Source: Chrysomallon squamiferum
Lineage: Eukaryota > Animalia > Mollusca
Direction: 5' to 3'
NCBI GenBank assembly: GCA_012295275.1
Contig: CM022667.1
Coordinates: forward strand, 6,138,001 to 6,202,000
Length of the DNA stretch: 64,000 bases
In this document: in pieces, positions 11,771 to 27,206 of the stretch
How the letters are laid out: every line of letters starts with the position of its first letter
Numbering within the stretch: the first letter of the stretch is position 1
Made by a program: the position numbers and the translations under genes
Notes under the pieces: model-generated
The model's input: only the letters and a program-made list of their open reading frames with translations
Databases searched by the model: none
What the model was told of the DNA's origin: nothing

Positions 11771-13499
11771 TTTTTATTTTTATTTTTTATTTTTTTATTT
11801 ATATTTTACTTATTTTACTAAGGGCATACTAACATAAGCGCTTTTGTCGGAGTGTTTATGTCGGCACACTTAAGTCAGTGTACCGTGATCTGTAGATGCA
11901 CGCGCTGCATTCAAGCCTATCTGCCTCTTCATGACCAAATCTAAACTCATTTTCTGGCTCTATTTAACTCATGAAATTGCAGCCACATCCAAAGTCTTTA
12001 AAACCAAATTTTCAAAAGTGCAAGAATAACTTTTTTATCACAAGTCATTACACCATCTTTTAAAGAAAAATGCTACAAAATTAATTGTGATTTTACGTTT
12101 GCTAACTTTCTTTCCCCAGCGCCTTGGACTAGGAGTGTTTCCACCAACTATATTTATTTCTAAAGCTGTAGAAGTTCAAAGCTTGTTTATAGTACTGGCT
12201 AAAACTGATACTGTGTAACAGCTTTCCTCATTTAATGGCACAACATTTCAACATTTTTCTATGAGCAAAACACATAATACATTTCCAAAGCTTCGATTAA
12301 AGACTATTATCATAATTTTCACATTCTAGTTATTTGAAGTTTTGTTCCACAGTTAGTGTTTCCCTAACATACTGAGTTAATATAAAACTTGTAAGGGCAA
12401 AAGCGACTAATAACAGAGTGTGCAAGAAAAGTGAACTTGTCTCTTTGATGTTACAGCGAAATTGACGTTGAATAAAAACTGAAAGCAATTCATCAACTGT
12501 TAATTTGGAAAACAAGTTAATTTAAACCGTGTGAAGCAGGGATAGCTGTACTGCTATAATTTGTATTTCTATATATTTGGATTACAAATGTGTAATGTAT
12601 ATGGTTACATAATATGCGATTTGCTAGTGTACACTGCACACTGTTATGGTGATTACAGTAGTCTTGACAGAAAAAAAAAAATACAGAGAATTGGACATTG
12701 AAAAGTGTAATTGTTTTCATCATTAAAAGCTTATTTTGAAGGAAGAACGAAAACAAATGTAGCTCCATGGATATTCAAACTGTGTACCACATTTCACAGA
12801 AATTCGTTCAGTATTTATAATGCACAGGTCTGTTTATTAGGTACAAACAATGAAAAGTCTGGTGAGAAATGTAAAATCTATGTTAAGTCACAAGTGTCAG
12901 ACTCATATGAATAATATTTCTTCTTTACTGGAACAGCAAACTTGATAAGACTTCACCTTTTTCAAGTGTAATATCCTAATCTGTTATTCACATTATCTAT
13001 ATTACATCAAGGACTTATATCAGAACACAAATAAAAATGTATAAACTTTACTTATTATTATTTCGTATTAAGTTCTAGAATAACATAATTAACTTAATTA
13101 CTTGCAAAAATTTATTTTATATTCCCAGAGGAAAAACATGTAAATGCTTTAAAATAATTGTCACTGTCCAGAGAAGAACTATGTGTTGTGTTTTTGTTTA
13201 ATATGGACATATGTACACCTTAATATCCAGTTTTACAGTTAAAATATATCCAGAACCCCCTTTTCTTAATGGAAAAATAACTGAAATGAGCTTTACACTG
13301 TACAGTCTGTATTTTTAAAATTATTTATGTAATGCTAATGCCACAAAATACAGGCTTTACTAATACCTTTATATCAATTTTTGTTTCTTTCAGGTTGTTA
13401 GGAAAACTACAAATAAAATGACAAATGTATTCTTCTATTTCTATAGTCACATTGCACAACTGCCAACATTTCATGTCAATACCAGGTTTGGATTCTGGC

Positions 13500-13745
13500 A
13501 TCTGAGGTAGATATCAGTAGACTCAACAATATCGGTGCATACAATCTGTGAACAGTCGATGTTGGCTCTTTGACTGTCTATCACATAATGAAACAGAAAA
13601 CACAGCTAAGGAATATTATGCAGAGTGCAACTATGGGTAAAGTGAAGACTTGGAGAAAGTGCTGATGCAGTGGATATAGCTGTGTCACAATCAAAGCATG
13701 AAAATACCTGCCGATGTGCTGAAGTTCTAGGTCAGGAATTTCCAG
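13500..13745 (+). mobile_element. pogo/Tigger HTH remnant
   Basis: EDLEKVLMQWI*LCHNQSMKIPADVLK resembles a CENP-B/Tc5-type HTH. Confidence 0.45.
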
Positions 13746-14018
13746 GAAGTATATTAACATAAAAATATATCAGCAAAACGTTCAGTTAGCATGACTGTGT
13801 TCCCAGTAAGGCCTAGTTTTTGAATATCAACCTGCTGTATGATTCACACAAACCTCGAGAATGTTGTCATATTAATTAATCTCTCATTTTATTTTTCTCA
13901 GTTAACTTATAAATATATAAACCTTAATTTCATATACTTGGATTTGTAGATTATCTATCTTATTTAGATAATGCCAGTAGCATGTTTTGATAATAAAAAT
14001 GTATTTATATCAACTTAC

Positions 14019-14360
14019 TTTCAAATGTTATTCTGATACGGTTGCTTTGTGTCTTATTTCCTTGCAGTGAGCACCACCAGTCAGTAAGATCTATTTCTGC
14101 AACATTATTTATCTTCACAGTGTAAGTTTTACTTTCTGATGTCGTATCCTCTGTTCCACTTCCACAACTGACAACATAACCTGGTGGATTGCCGTAAACA
14201 ACACATCCTCTTGTAGGAGATTGTTCTATTGAAACAGCTGCAGCTGTTGATGTTTGCCTGTTGAACAGTACAAGATCATCAAGCCCAGCAGCATCTGTCA
14301 CTGTACAGGTCAGAGTGTAAGAAGGAGGATTTGGTGAGCCAGACAATACCAGTGAAAAAC
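14019..14360 (-). CDS. Gene A V-like Ig exon
   Basis: tgtag acceptor, gtaagt donor, 342 nt, phase 1/1, open. Reads GFSLVLSGSPNPPSYTLTCTVTDAAGLDDLVLFNR...YTVKINNVAEIDLTDWWCSL. Confidence 0.9.
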
Positions 14361-14386
14361 CTACAAGACATGAAAAAAGTTAAAAG

Positions 14387-14491
<105 letters not shown>

Positions 14492-15189
14492 CAAAGTAAA
14501 TAAATAAAAAAGCTATATTTCAGATGCATTAAACATTTATTAGTAGACTGTATTATTAAGGAGAGTTGTTTTTCTAAGAGTTATTTGTGTTTCTGGTTGT
14601 TTTTGTAAATTTATTAATTGTAATGTTTCTGCCTCAAAACTATTTTTTTGTATTACTTAGAGATCAAAACATTATAAATAAACAAGCGAAACAAAAGCAC
14701 AGATACAAATAAATAACAGATCATAAGATCAGGTAAATAATGGAATTTCAAACTGAACACACATTAACATGCCACTTGAAATGATATCAATTATAAATAT
14801 CAAATAGGAAAAGTCATTCTAAGCATTATTTATGTGACTACATCTTTATCTTTTATACATTTTGTAAAATACATTTTGGCAAAACTGCAAATTAGGTTTG
14901 TTTCAAGGTCACCAGTTCCATGAGGTCAAATGCAAAGATCAAGAGCATAATTATTTAATACCATGACAATATTATTCAAATTGTGTGTGATGTGACATGC
15001 ATAACTCAGTAACAACATTCCAGGATAAAGTCAACTGATGTGAAAACACAGTTAATTGTTCAATAACCAAACTTTATTTAGAAATAATATTATTTTTCTA
15101 AATCAATTATTTTGTTTTCGAAAATGCATTATATACAAACTACTGTATTTTTGGGGGCGTTTCCACATTGCTATATATCCATATGTTAT

Positions 15190-17135
15190 GAATGACTAAC
15201 TTCCAGGGTCACTTTTCATTGTCATAGAAAGCCTGCACTTTTTCTGTTGCACCAGTTTGACCAAGCAGATTCTCAACATCTTTTTTTCTGGCCTTATTCA
15301 CAGTACTTTGGTTAAAAAGTGGATTCAGATTGAAGTCTGCCCACTTCTTTCCACGTTTTAACACGTTTTAATTATCCCCACCGTACGCAGTTTTCAAGTC
15401 TACTTGATCGTTCTTCAATTCCAGCATTTGTGCTTCAGTCAACTTGAAGGTTTTCTGTTGATTCACAAATACTTTTGAAGCAGACTTAAATGAAGTATCT
15501 CCCTGTCTTTGCCTTAAACATAAACATTTCTATAGATCCTTAGAATGGAGTAGTATTCCTATGTCATCAGAATAAGATCGCATTTCCTAATGCTCTGCTC
15601 CATTCTAACAAAAACACGGTCTGCAAAGAGAAAAATGTGCCCCCTGATTGGGAAAATGCATTCAACACCGAGGTCGGGGAAGGCATTTTTCAGCAGTGCA
15701 AATATCATGAGAGAACATTCATATATTTATTCTGCCTAAAACATCAATTTCTAAACATCTGAAGTCTGCCTGTTTGGCGAACAAAACCATTCTGCTGCTT
15801 GTGAAAAGAATAATCCAGAGTTAACGAAATCATGTTCCTATCTTTCTTATTTTTGTGCTCCATCCAAGTATATAGAAGAATGTCATCCTTGGTCTGCCTG
15901 CTATCCTTGCCATGGTGAAAAACCACCCCAAACAAGTACAAGTAAAGCTGCCTTGAATAATAGGCTTGGCCAGTCATGGTCTTTGGTAAGACTAGGTTTT
16001 GCATCATGTCAAAGCAGACGGTGTAGGAATACTCCATCTCACTTAGCATGTCACAAAATAAATGTGCTCGTCGTCCGTGCAAAATGAAAGTGTCTGGCTT
16101 CACCCGCGTCTCAGCTTCAGTAATATTTGAGTACTTCATCCTAAGTTGCTACTTCACAGAGACAGCACAGGCACCTGTGACAGGATGTCCAAACCCAAGA
16201 TTGCAGAACACTGAGTGCTAGACCAGTTAGCTGACATCACTATGGTTCTGACTGTTAAACATTTCATGCATTTTTTGACATTGATGTCAGTTAGTGAATA
16301 TTTCCGGCCTGGTGCCCCTGTACGTCCATAGTGACTGGCTCTACAGGTAAACATCTGGATATGGTCCACGACAAACTCATTCTTTTCCTCATTCTCTGCA
16401 TGTCCAGGAGCATCAACCCTGGATTCTGGACGTGCAGCAGCATTCTCTGTATAATACTGAGCCTGTCGGGATACAGTGTCTTTGCTTATGCCTGGAAACA
16501 ACATAAAATCATGCTACAGTTACAGAGTAAAAACAGAAACAACTCTACAATGCGGGCCAACATGTTGACACTACAAAGTTGTTTTAATGGTGTGGGTGTG
16601 TTTGGAGGATGTTGCAGCAATGTCAACAAAGAAACATTTATTTTATTTTTTTGCAAGACAAAAGTTAAATCAAATTTTATTAATGAGGACATATGCTGAA
16701 CCCATTTCTGAAAAGAAAATAATGTAAACATTACGGTTTCAAAATTTAAGAATGTAGCCTACTCACCTAGAATTTCATCAAAGGTTGCACACTGGTAATT
16801 AGGTAGGGTGACTTTGTGTCAAATGTCACAGATACATTCCTGTCCTTTCTTGCATGTTCATTCTGCATACGGAGACATTGCCTTTGGACCTTGCCAATCA
16901 TCATTAGACGGAGAGCTTGGTCCTATTGGAATTTGTTCGGACTTGCATAAATCTGACTGAAATTCAAGGCAATATCTGCTGATGTCAGCTGATCCGCATG
17001 ACAAAACCGTGCACTGTTTGTAGCTGTATGCATCCATGCCACAGATGGCAGTTTGCCCCCACCTGAATGGCGAAGTTTCTTTACTTTTTCTTGGGCATGA
17101 TTGTCTTTTGACGGGCTACTTTTCTTCTCCACATT
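15190..17135 (-). mobile_element. Degraded Sola1-like DNA transposase
   Basis: CFDMMQNLVLPKT..QAYYSRQLYLYLFGV...YTWME and SHYGR..PGRKY motifs, with several frameshifts. Ends not defined. Confidence 0.75.
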
Positions 17136-17615
17136 AGAAACTACCCCTAACTCATAGGCTCCGTCGAAATTGTTCGTTGTTAATGGCTAATATGGCCCAA
17201 AATGCCATGAAACACCAAGCGATTTTGTTATCTCATGCATGCTGCCATGCTGAATGATGTAACGTAATGGTGGCCTATGACTGATCAAGAGGATCACGTA
17301 TCGCAGTTTGTAAGAAACTATGCATGGCACTTACGACGTTATGAAACTTAATCTTTAGTCTACTGTGTAGACAGTGGTAGATTTCGACTTTTGGGGAAAA
17401 TGATTATGGGACCCCGAACAACTGTGAAATGCTGAACTTTTGGTGGTGGCTTTTATTTATTTATTTATTTATTTTAATCGCGTTTGGAACTAAAGTCTTC
17501 AGATGTTTTATTAAGATTTATTATTTTGTTGGGTTTTTTTGTTAATATTTATAAGTCATATAAAATCCATCGTAAAGAGATAAAGCAAACATATAATTCA
17601 GAATGAAATGACTAA

Positions 17616-17662
<47 letters not shown>

Positions 17663-17836
17663 AAAAAACTAAAAATATAAATATATATATATATATATAT
17701 AAAATATATATAAAATAAAAAGTTTAAAAAAAAAAGCAAAAAAAAAAAAACGATTCCAATTAGTAATGTCCAAATCCTGAGAACTGAAAACAGCAAAAGA
17801 CACATCAAATCATATCCCAAGTAATGTGCCATTTCA

Positions 17837-17897
<61 letters not shown>

Positions 17898-18764
17898 TGA
17901 AATGTTTACTGGATATTCATATGATTTTTGGTAAATGTTTTTTTGCACAGCCCTTACAAGTTACGATTTGGCATTCTTGCATTTTAGGCATACCACGTCT
18001 TAGGGTTGTTTTACTCAATATCTTTCTACAATGTTTTGTTTTACTGTTAGAGCAAATATACATTGACAATATAAAACTGTCTATCCTACTTTCACTTGTC
18101 AAATTCAGCCAAATTGTACTTTCATCAGTGACACAGGAAGTCATGCTATTGAGATAAACAGTGCAAGTACAGAAGTCAGTGAGCAGTACTAATCTATTTT
18201 GGGAAAAGTATATAACTTTTTACTTTTTGAAGTTGGTTTATAAGATTAAACAGAAAAATAAAATGTAATGTAATAAAAACAGTTTGTTTCACTTTTGTAT
18301 CCAGATCAAGTGGATGATCTCCAGACCTAGTACATAGTTCATCCAGTTTTCTACTTCAAAATATTTACATCTATACAAAATGAATTACCTATAAATTTAC
18401 CTTAGCCAGACTTTTAATTCCATGCAGTGAACTTGTCATCTTGCAAATTTCATAAAGTTACCTTGCTATTTAAGGAACTTTAATCACAGTGTTTTGTTTT
18501 AATAAAGTTTGAAACAATATGTAAAAATTACACTAATTTTCATAATATAAAACTACCCTTACTCTGTTATTGATAAAGTTGTCATTAATAATGTAGTTTC
18601 ATTTTATTATTTACATGTTCTTTCCCTGATGAAGAAACAATTTTAATTTCAGGATTTTTATTTATTTATAATGATTATTTTTATATTATTATTATTATTG
18701 TTGATATTATTATTATTATTGTTGTTGTTGTTTTTGTAAAAATTTTCCAATACCCTCTAGCAAG

Positions 18765-18796
<32 letters not shown>

Positions 18797-19129
18797 AACG
18801 AAGTAAAAAAAGAGTAGAAAATATTGATTAAAATTGTACCTACGGTGAGGGAGATCTAACTGAAATGCAAACACTTGAGTTTGTGTGTATGTTTTATTAT
18901 CGGATATACGTTCGCACAAGCAATAATCGGGGCAAAACATTCGGTATCTTAATAAGTATAACCTTTTTGTCTCAGTTCTGACAGTAACCTAGAAACTGGA
19001 ACAAATTTAACGTACTAATCAGAGCGAACTGTGGTGAAGTAAGTTTACGACAGGCACGCTTTCTGATAAGCCAGAGGGCGTCTCTGTCGCAGAACTGTGA
19101 CCTAAACTGCAAGATTACCTAATTATAAT

Positions 19130-19711
19130 AGCATGGACAGACAAGAACGATCATTCGTAACGGCATAAATTAAGTCGCGGAACAAAGCCTCCAGAAATTT
19201 CGCTGATTTAATGGGTACAAACAACACCTGAATGTTCTTTTCCTCTGTATTTTGACAGGGGCAAAATTGAAAACTACAAACGTTAATACACCAATATTTT
19301 ACCGAATTATAATTTCAGTTTATTATGCATGCATTTGCACAAAAACAATCAGTTTAAAAGGTCTGATTAAGTTGTAAACGTAGTTACGAAAGGCCCGCGA
19401 CATCATGGTTTGGTAATATGAATAACCATCGTTATCTTTATCAGTTTAAATAATAAAAAATTCAGAAAACATATGTGAAACAATTGAATTTGGAAGTTTG
19501 CAAAAATCCGTAAGATCACGGAAAAATCCGATCGAAATCAAAGACGACAGCGTCGAACGCCGATTAGTGTTTGGAAACTTTTTAATACGTATGTCTTCAT
19601 AATGCAATCAATTCTGCATGGATTATTAATAGTAATTTGAGGAAATATGTCATTTAATCAATCTCGCCAGTACATAGATGTCTATTATTGAGTAGAAATT
19701 GCTCAAAGGTC

Positions 19712-19745
<34 letters not shown>

Positions 19746-19994
19746 CAGGTAACTTTGACGTCATACCATCTCGCACACGTTTTGTACTCTGTACTTTTTT
19801 TTGATATTATTACGACGTCGGCAGGCAAAATATAAAAAAATCAATAATAAAATAAAATAAACAATTTTCACAGACACTGGCGCGTGAATATGAAGATAAC
19901 TATTCTCATTAGGTACCATAATGTGGACACGTTACTCTGCTAAAACTCCATAGCTGACAGTTCTGAGTCCGTAGTTGTAAAACGGTAGTTGAAA

Positions 19995-20037
<43 letters not shown>

Positions 20038-20320
20038 ATTAAAGGTCGTATTACATGTAAAAATCAAATTCATCACGTGTTATTTGAATGACTGCCTTGA
20101 TTTATTCACGACAACGCTTGATGCACGTTGACTACAGAAAATTCAAAAATAAATAAATAAAGGTCCATCAACCGGTCCGATAAAAAAATTAGTTACAAAT
20201 AAAATTTTCACTCTTTTTCGTTATCACAAAAAACATTCAACTTCTAGAACATGTACTGTTATGTATGCAAACAATGAGTTTCCTATTTTTATTTTTTTAA
20301 AAATCACTGGACAATGTTAA
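19130..20320 (+). repeat. Intron-1 segment shared with 40110-41260
   Basis: Shared blocks gatttaatgggtacaaacaacacctgaatgttctttt, taatgtggacacgttactctgctaaaactc and aatgagtttcctatttt. Confidence 0.88.
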
Positions 20321-20468
20321 TTATAGTGAAATTAATTATTTACACAAACACTGAAAGCAAAAAATAAATAAATATCTAATAAAAATAATAAGAAATAATA
20401 AGAAAACAATAAAACGAAAACAACAAACAAACAAAAAAACAAAACAATATACCAGTGTAAAAACTGAC

Positions 20469-20532
20469 CTAAGCAAATATCAATATGTAGAAGAAATATC
20501 CACAGAAACAAACACCTAAATTCAGACGCCAT
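20469..20532 (-). CDS. Gene A signal-peptide exon
   Basis: Reads MASEFRCLFLWIFLLHIDICLG then gtcagt, 64 nt, phase 1. Homologous to the gene B leader. Confidence 0.88.
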
Positions 20533-21779
20533 TTTCCTGCTTACACAAATGAGTCTTATTTGGGCGAGTCCTTTCAAGTCAACTGGTTTAGGTGAAGGTG
20601 AGTGAAAAAAAATATCAACAAAACACACAAAACAAAAACAGTTTTACAATAATTTTGTGTAAGAAAGTGATACATTTTTCACCAGCAGTTTATAATTGAT
20701 TATTACAGTCTATGACATAAACTCCATTTCAAAAACATTTATTTATTTTCACACCTATTGCTTTACTGTCTTACAAAACGGGTTTAGAAAACTTTTAATA
20801 ATTTCAGTCCAGTTAGCTGTTATTCGTTATGAATGGTCACGATTCTTGCTCATTGATAATTTACTTACTGCATTGTGTCCTGATTCCGGGAAAATGAATC
20901 GATAAGTATTTTTTAATTTTTAAATTCATTATTTGTGTATTATACAGTGTAAAACAGTGTCAGTACAAAAGTCAAAGACTCAAACGATACAAAAAATGCC
21001 TGTCCATGGCCAATATCGTTTCTACTTATTTATTATATTTATGTATTTCAGAAAGAAAACAATTGTTCTTCTTTAGTATTTTTTCCATCAAAAGTTTATT
21101 TATTTTAATTATGTAAATTATGTAACATTCGTTCATAGCGTTTTCCTTCAATGACCATGAAACCCAACAACTGCATACAAATACCGCTATAAATATGAAT
21201 CCGCACAAACATTATTGGTTTATTTAATTCAGTAAATTCTGGATAAATTTATAGTTTTCATAATAAGTAGGGGTAATGCTGAAACTGATTCTAGTTGTAG
21301 AAACTGAATCCTTAAAATAACATAACCTTTGCTCACAAGCACTGTTTTACATTCAGTTTTGCATTTACGTTAAACATAGACCCAGAATTAATGAAACAAT
21401 TTGCTAAAAGGAGTTCAGAAGTTCATGCTCATCAACATTGTTTGTCCCTCCACCAAACCAAAATTAATATAAAAAAGTAAAAGTCTGTCACAGAATAGTT
21501 TGAGGCGAATAAGAATGCTCTCTAAAATTTAAAGTCAAAACCACATTTACCCACACAATTAACAAAGACAGGGTCTGACTGGTGTCCTCCCAAAAGACAG
21601 ACGTCCCATAACGCGACGCATTAAAACAACACAAGACACGGTTGAGCGCATTACTAATGACCTGCCGTGTACCTTGAATAATACATGTAGTTAATAATGG
21701 AATAGTCTGAAACAACTAAATACAGAACACAGAACAAAATTATATAAAATTAGATTTATTTGCTTCAAAGTATATCTGT

Positions 21780-22515
21780 CTGAATTTATCTTATTCTGAT
21801 GTTTCTATTCCTTTTATCAATTCTACAAATCTGTATATATTTGAATGGTAAAGTTGAACTGACTGGTTCATTCCTGAATGAAAATCCTCCAGATGAATGC
21901 TTGTTCTGGGGCCAGTGTTCAGATGATGGTTCAACAAAATCAAAGGAATCTGGCGCCATCGTCTTCTCATGTTGAAACCACATAATCATTTTAGAAACAT
22001 GCATCCTGCTATCATTTGCTCATCTGTAGAAAACACAAGCATGTTATCTTCATTTTCATTGCTAAATAAAACGTAGGGTCCTCCGTTATTTGTCTTTGTC
22101 TATGGTTCGTCTATGCTGACATCAGCTGTAGTCTGTGGTAGGGCAGGAATGAGAAGTCGTCTCTCTCTATACAGTGCACTGCTCATAATGGGATAGGAAG
22201 GCAAATGAGGAACAATGTCTGATGCTTGCTTTGCAACCTCATCATTGTATATTTTCTGCACTGGTGTCGTTTCTTCTCTTACTCGATTCCGTAGTGTGCT
22301 AACAAACCGAGCAACATTCCAGTCATTTGGAAGATGGACGTGTTCTGAATAAAATCGCCGACAGTGGTGCACTTCCCGGTACACATTTCTGCCACACATC
22401 TCCAGTGAAAGCTTTCCCCTCTGGTGCGATTCGTTACAAATAGAATTCCTTCCAGTATTATATGTGGTCTACCTTTTTGTGACTGAACACATTCTACCTT
22501 TGTAAGATCAGCCAT
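21780..22515 (-). mobile_element. MULE transposase remnant with FLYWCH zinc finger
   Basis: SQKGRPHIILEGILFVTNRTRGESFHWRC...CTGKCTT and LYRERRLLIPALPQT, frameshifted. Confidence 0.8.
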
Positions 22516-24420
22516 GGATATAAAATTTGTCTGTTTTTGGTAGGTACATGTAGTTAATGTATAAGAACTTTTATATGGTACGTCCTTGGTTAGCTATGGT
22601 TTAAATGTATGATCAATGAACATGGTATTGGTCGTCTGAGACATAACAATCATTGATATATAACCCTAATCCTAACCCGTCTAAAGGGTTGCTGACTATA
22701 ATAGCGTCACCTGACAAGAGAATAATCACGCAAACAAGAATTGAACATGAATAATAGGTTTATATTTCACATTAAATAACCATCAATGGTAACATATAAT
22801 TTAATCGTAAGACACTCACGATACAATACAAAGGCAAAAGCGTTTATAGATAATACTATTCTAATTAAGCCCAGCTGGTTACGTTAACTTTCTAACTAAG
22901 CTTTTAGCTATTAAAATACCTTATCTGAGTTTGTTACTTAGTTTTCAACTGTAAGTACCACAGAATAACACTATGTAACATCCAACAGAAATATAATTGG
23001 CTATCTTCTATCAATCAACATGTATGTTACATAAAAAAAAGAGAATAAAACATTCAAACCAGAATTACCATTGCCTGAGTGATCCTTTGTTCTGACTACG
23101 CGTATCTCAGACGTGTCGTAAGGTGGCGCACTGATCAAATTATCTCGTTTAAAACCTTACAGAGGATCGCGCAGGCGTTCACGAAACACTTCTGCTGACA
23201 GCCTTTCTGAATTTACTTTACAACTTAAGTTCTTATTCTGAGTTAAATAGTCCCAGTGTTTCTTAGTTTATAAAAGAACAGAGCTTCCCCTTATTATAAA
23301 TATAGCTTCTAAACAGCCCGTTGATGTCTGAATGCTCTTTGAGGAATTACCCTCGTATTCCAACATTAATTATCTAAACACTGAAGAACCATAAAAATAT
23401 AAATGTATAAACATGATTATACACTATAGCTTAATATTACTCTAATATAATAATATACTGAATGTTTAATGTAACAGTAATTCTGCTTTAAATCGGCATG
23501 TAAAAATAGAGAGAATAAAAATTTATAATTAAGAACAAATTTGGCAAGAAGGTTCCGTTGCAGAGTGGTGCTCGGATATTTTAAGCGAAATAACATGAAG
23601 CAGGATTTGTTACAAACGATTAGGAATACAAACAATGCATTTTTATTAAATAGCTAAATAAATAATTGAAAAGCACTTTAGATTTTATTACATGTATTAG
23701 TAAAAGTAGTTAATACACAAATAGAAACTTTCAAATAGTTTTAGTGTATCTACTATAATTAAATATATTAAAACAAAACAACCTACAGTCTTTTGTAATT
23801 AAATTATTAATTTTTAGGTTTGTCAATTTATTGTAACCTTTACAAGAAATATACATGTAACAAACATGAAAACATTGTCAAATTATACAATAATCAATAT
23901 ACTATCAAATATGTACAACAATCTTGGAATTCCTGAATGTTTATTTGATATTTAGAAAAATAGTAAAGATATTCAAGTAAAAAATCGTTTTGTTTTATAT
24001 TAATATAAAATGTGAATATACATACACACAGTTGTAACGGGGGGAGAAGCATGGCAAGTGGATCTCGGAAGAACGATATAATATATATAGACATACATAC
24101 ATCACTATCTAAGGAAAGAAAACCAAAATTTTAAAAATAATTTAAAAAGTAAAATCTGAAGGATAATGTAATTATTCTTCCCATTCACGTTATCACATGA
24201 TATAATCTTTGTTTTGAAATCGGTGATATCAGCAAATCAGTTAAAAATCACATCATTTTTTCAACATAAAGTACAACAAAGGAGAGGGACTAGATGTAAT
24301 TATTTATAGTTATGTAATATTTGTATTACTGAATTAGGGGTTTCCAATTAAAGGGCTTTAATATTAGTTAATTCCTGATTGAGCAGTGTTAACATTTACA
24401 CCATCTGGCGTCTCCAAGTA

Positions 24421-24465
<45 letters not shown>

Positions 24466-26365
24466 TCTAACTATATGTTTATATATTAAAAAATGTAACA
24501 TTTTGCAATGACGAATAGCAAAACATTTTAGAAAACAAAGACAAAATCTTTACTTCATTATTATGAAACAGGAAAATATATTCATATAAAAAATATGCAT
24601 CAACAGATATAATAACGATGTATAGAAAATGATTCACAAGAAAAAAGAAAAGAAAAAATAAACAACACACAAACAAGCAAACAAATCACAGCAGTTACTT
24701 CAAAGAATAACACTTAACATTTGATGTAGAATAATTTCCTCCTAAGTAACAATTTTTATAGTGTGTTCTCTTTGTCAAGGGAAATAAATGTAGTTGATGT
24801 CAACGCTTTAAACTTCAATACAAGTTATACTGCGAGTTATAAAATATTTTGTAACTTTAGGTGAATACAACTTTCAACGTAGTGCAATATCTTAATAACA
24901 TCTATTATCAGTTTCTCTTATTAAGTTAAATAATCAAAGGGAAAAAAGTTCCTCCTTTTCTCAAGAGCTTCTGGAGAAAAATAGAACTAATGTAAATCTG
25001 TAATAGAGAGAAAGAAATGATCATTATCACAGAATCGTTAAGTAACAAAACAGTAAATTATATCAAAATCACTTAAAAAATAAAACAAAAAATATGCAAA
25101 CTTTCAAATACATGCAACAATATATCAATACTAATTTATTAGCTTTAGAGACAACAATGTGTAAAACTCATAGGAAGGCAATTTCCTGTCACATATATCA
25201 GCAGAAAATAATGTAAATCTACTTCCACGAATTTGCCTTAAAGGTTATTTTACTCAAGAGATAAACAAAGATGCCCATCAACATTTATCTTGATATATTA
25301 AGTAATTAGGCCTTTGTGACTTTCAGAAGAGTAACTGTTAATTTGAAATTGATAAAATAACACTAATTTCTTCCTGTAGCAAACAGTAAATTATTAAATC
25401 CAGAAAATTTCAAACGCACATGCTGTGAAAAGTAATTATATCTACAAGATAATCTATATTAGATGTTCAGCTTAGATTTGTATTGAAATATTTGGGTATT
25501 TTTCAAAATACTGACACAAATTCGGAGAGAAAAGGAGCAGCATAGGGAGCATTTCTACTAAGACAGCCACTGGTAATGTTTTCCCATGATAACGGCATGA
25601 AAAAAAAAACGCATGTCACTGTCATAAGATGAAGTTTCTAAATGGCTAAATATCCATAGACATACATACAAACACATTTACCTCAATTACAGAAATAATT
25701 ATTTCCTATGTCAGATATAACGATTTATGGAAAAGCTTTTTTTCCTTTCACACATGGACTATACTAAAATAATATAGTTTTTTATAGTACAAAAAATTTG
25801 AACACTGTTATTTTACTACTTTCAAATGTGAAATGTTATCATTGTGATTCCAGATTAACTTTCTTCTTCCCTTTACAAAATAAGAATAAAAGAAACAGTG
25901 TCTATCTTAGCCGGGAAATCATTTATAAACTTAACGAAAATTATAAACCAAATAAATAAAAATAGTAAAGATAATAAAAGTATTACATATTGATACTGCT
26001 TACACTGTAAAGCCAATATTTTGAGATTTCCTTTCATAAAATACATCATGATCATGTAACAACAAAACTAAAGTGAAGTAATTATATAATTTTCACTTAT
26101 ATATATTAATATATATTTTGTACTGCTTTTTCTAGCTTTCACAAAGCTTATTTTGTTTGGATTATTTCGCCATTTTTTATTTCTCAACTTCAAATTCAGT
26201 ACATTTTTGTTTGCATTTTAATTGCTTTGCAGTTTGTGTCTAAAGAGCATCAGACCATTTTTGTTTTCTTTTGACTTCTGTTAATATTATCTTATTTCAG
26301 TTTTAAATTGTTATTTATTATTTTTCCTACATTATAAATTCATTTTCCACTTTGACATTTCAGTT

Positions 26366-26544
26366 TCACCTTTCTTGATTGACATCAGACAACTGTGGTG
26401 CTTTCTTTGAGAAGTCAATCTGAATGTACACTGTCAGTTTTTCTTTTGTGTAGATGGGCTGTGACATTTTCTCCTTTCTAAACTCAACGTAAGTGTAAAT
26501 CAGCTGACATTCATTTCTTCTTTTAGTCTTTGCTGGCTGTAAAC
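26366..26544 (-). CDS. Gene C terminal cytoplasmic exon with ITIM and ITSM
   Basis: Acceptor gttatttttaag, phase 1. Reads LQPAKTKRRNECQLIYTYVEFRKEKMSQPIYTKEKLTVYIQIDFSKKAPQLSDVNQER*. Confidence 0.8.
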
Positions 26545-26790
26545 CTTAAAAATAACAAATATACAAGTACATATATATTCACACAAACACCCAACCATCC
26601 ACCCATCCACCCACTCACCCACACACAGACACACATACATACACAAATAAACATATATACAAATTGTTTGTTAGACATTAGTTTTATTTATCTTCAGTTG
26701 TGCAATTTAACTTTAGAATTATTTTATATTTAGTGTGATATCAAAAAGGTTTTCTTAACAAATAACATCAAAATAAAATTATAAACATAC

Positions 26791-26820
26791 TGCAGATATA
26801 CACCTCTTTGTTACATTTGC
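26791..26820 (-). CDS. Gene C candidate 30-nt cytoplasmic microexon
   Basis: ttttag acceptor, gtatgt donor, phase 1/1. Reads GKCNKEVYIC. Confidence 0.5.
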
Positions 26821-26940
26821 CTAAAACTTTAATTAAAATTAGAAATGTAAAACCAAATAACTTTTTTCTCTTTCTTTTCTACATATGTGATATAAATAAA
26901 ACTGTTGCAATATAATTTTAGAAATCTGTGTCACACAAAC

Positions 26941-27037
26941 CAGTTTTCTTTGTTTTCTCTTTATGTTTGAACTTATATTTTTTATCCGCTCCAAGTTTCT
27001 CAGATTTATCCACAATTGCATAAATATCACCTACGTC
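26941..27037 (-). CDS. Gene C cytoplasmic exon
   Basis: tttacttcag acceptor, gtttgt donor, 97 nt, phase 0/1. Reads DVGDIYAIVDKSEKLGADKKYKFKHKEKTKKT. Confidence 0.78.
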
Positions 27038-27139
27038 CTGAAGTAAACAAAAACATTGAATCAAAGGAAAAAACAAAACAACCCGGCCAGTACAGAAAAC
27101 GATAACCCCCAGAAAATATTAAAACACAAACACACGCGC

Positions 27140-27206
<67 letters not shown>
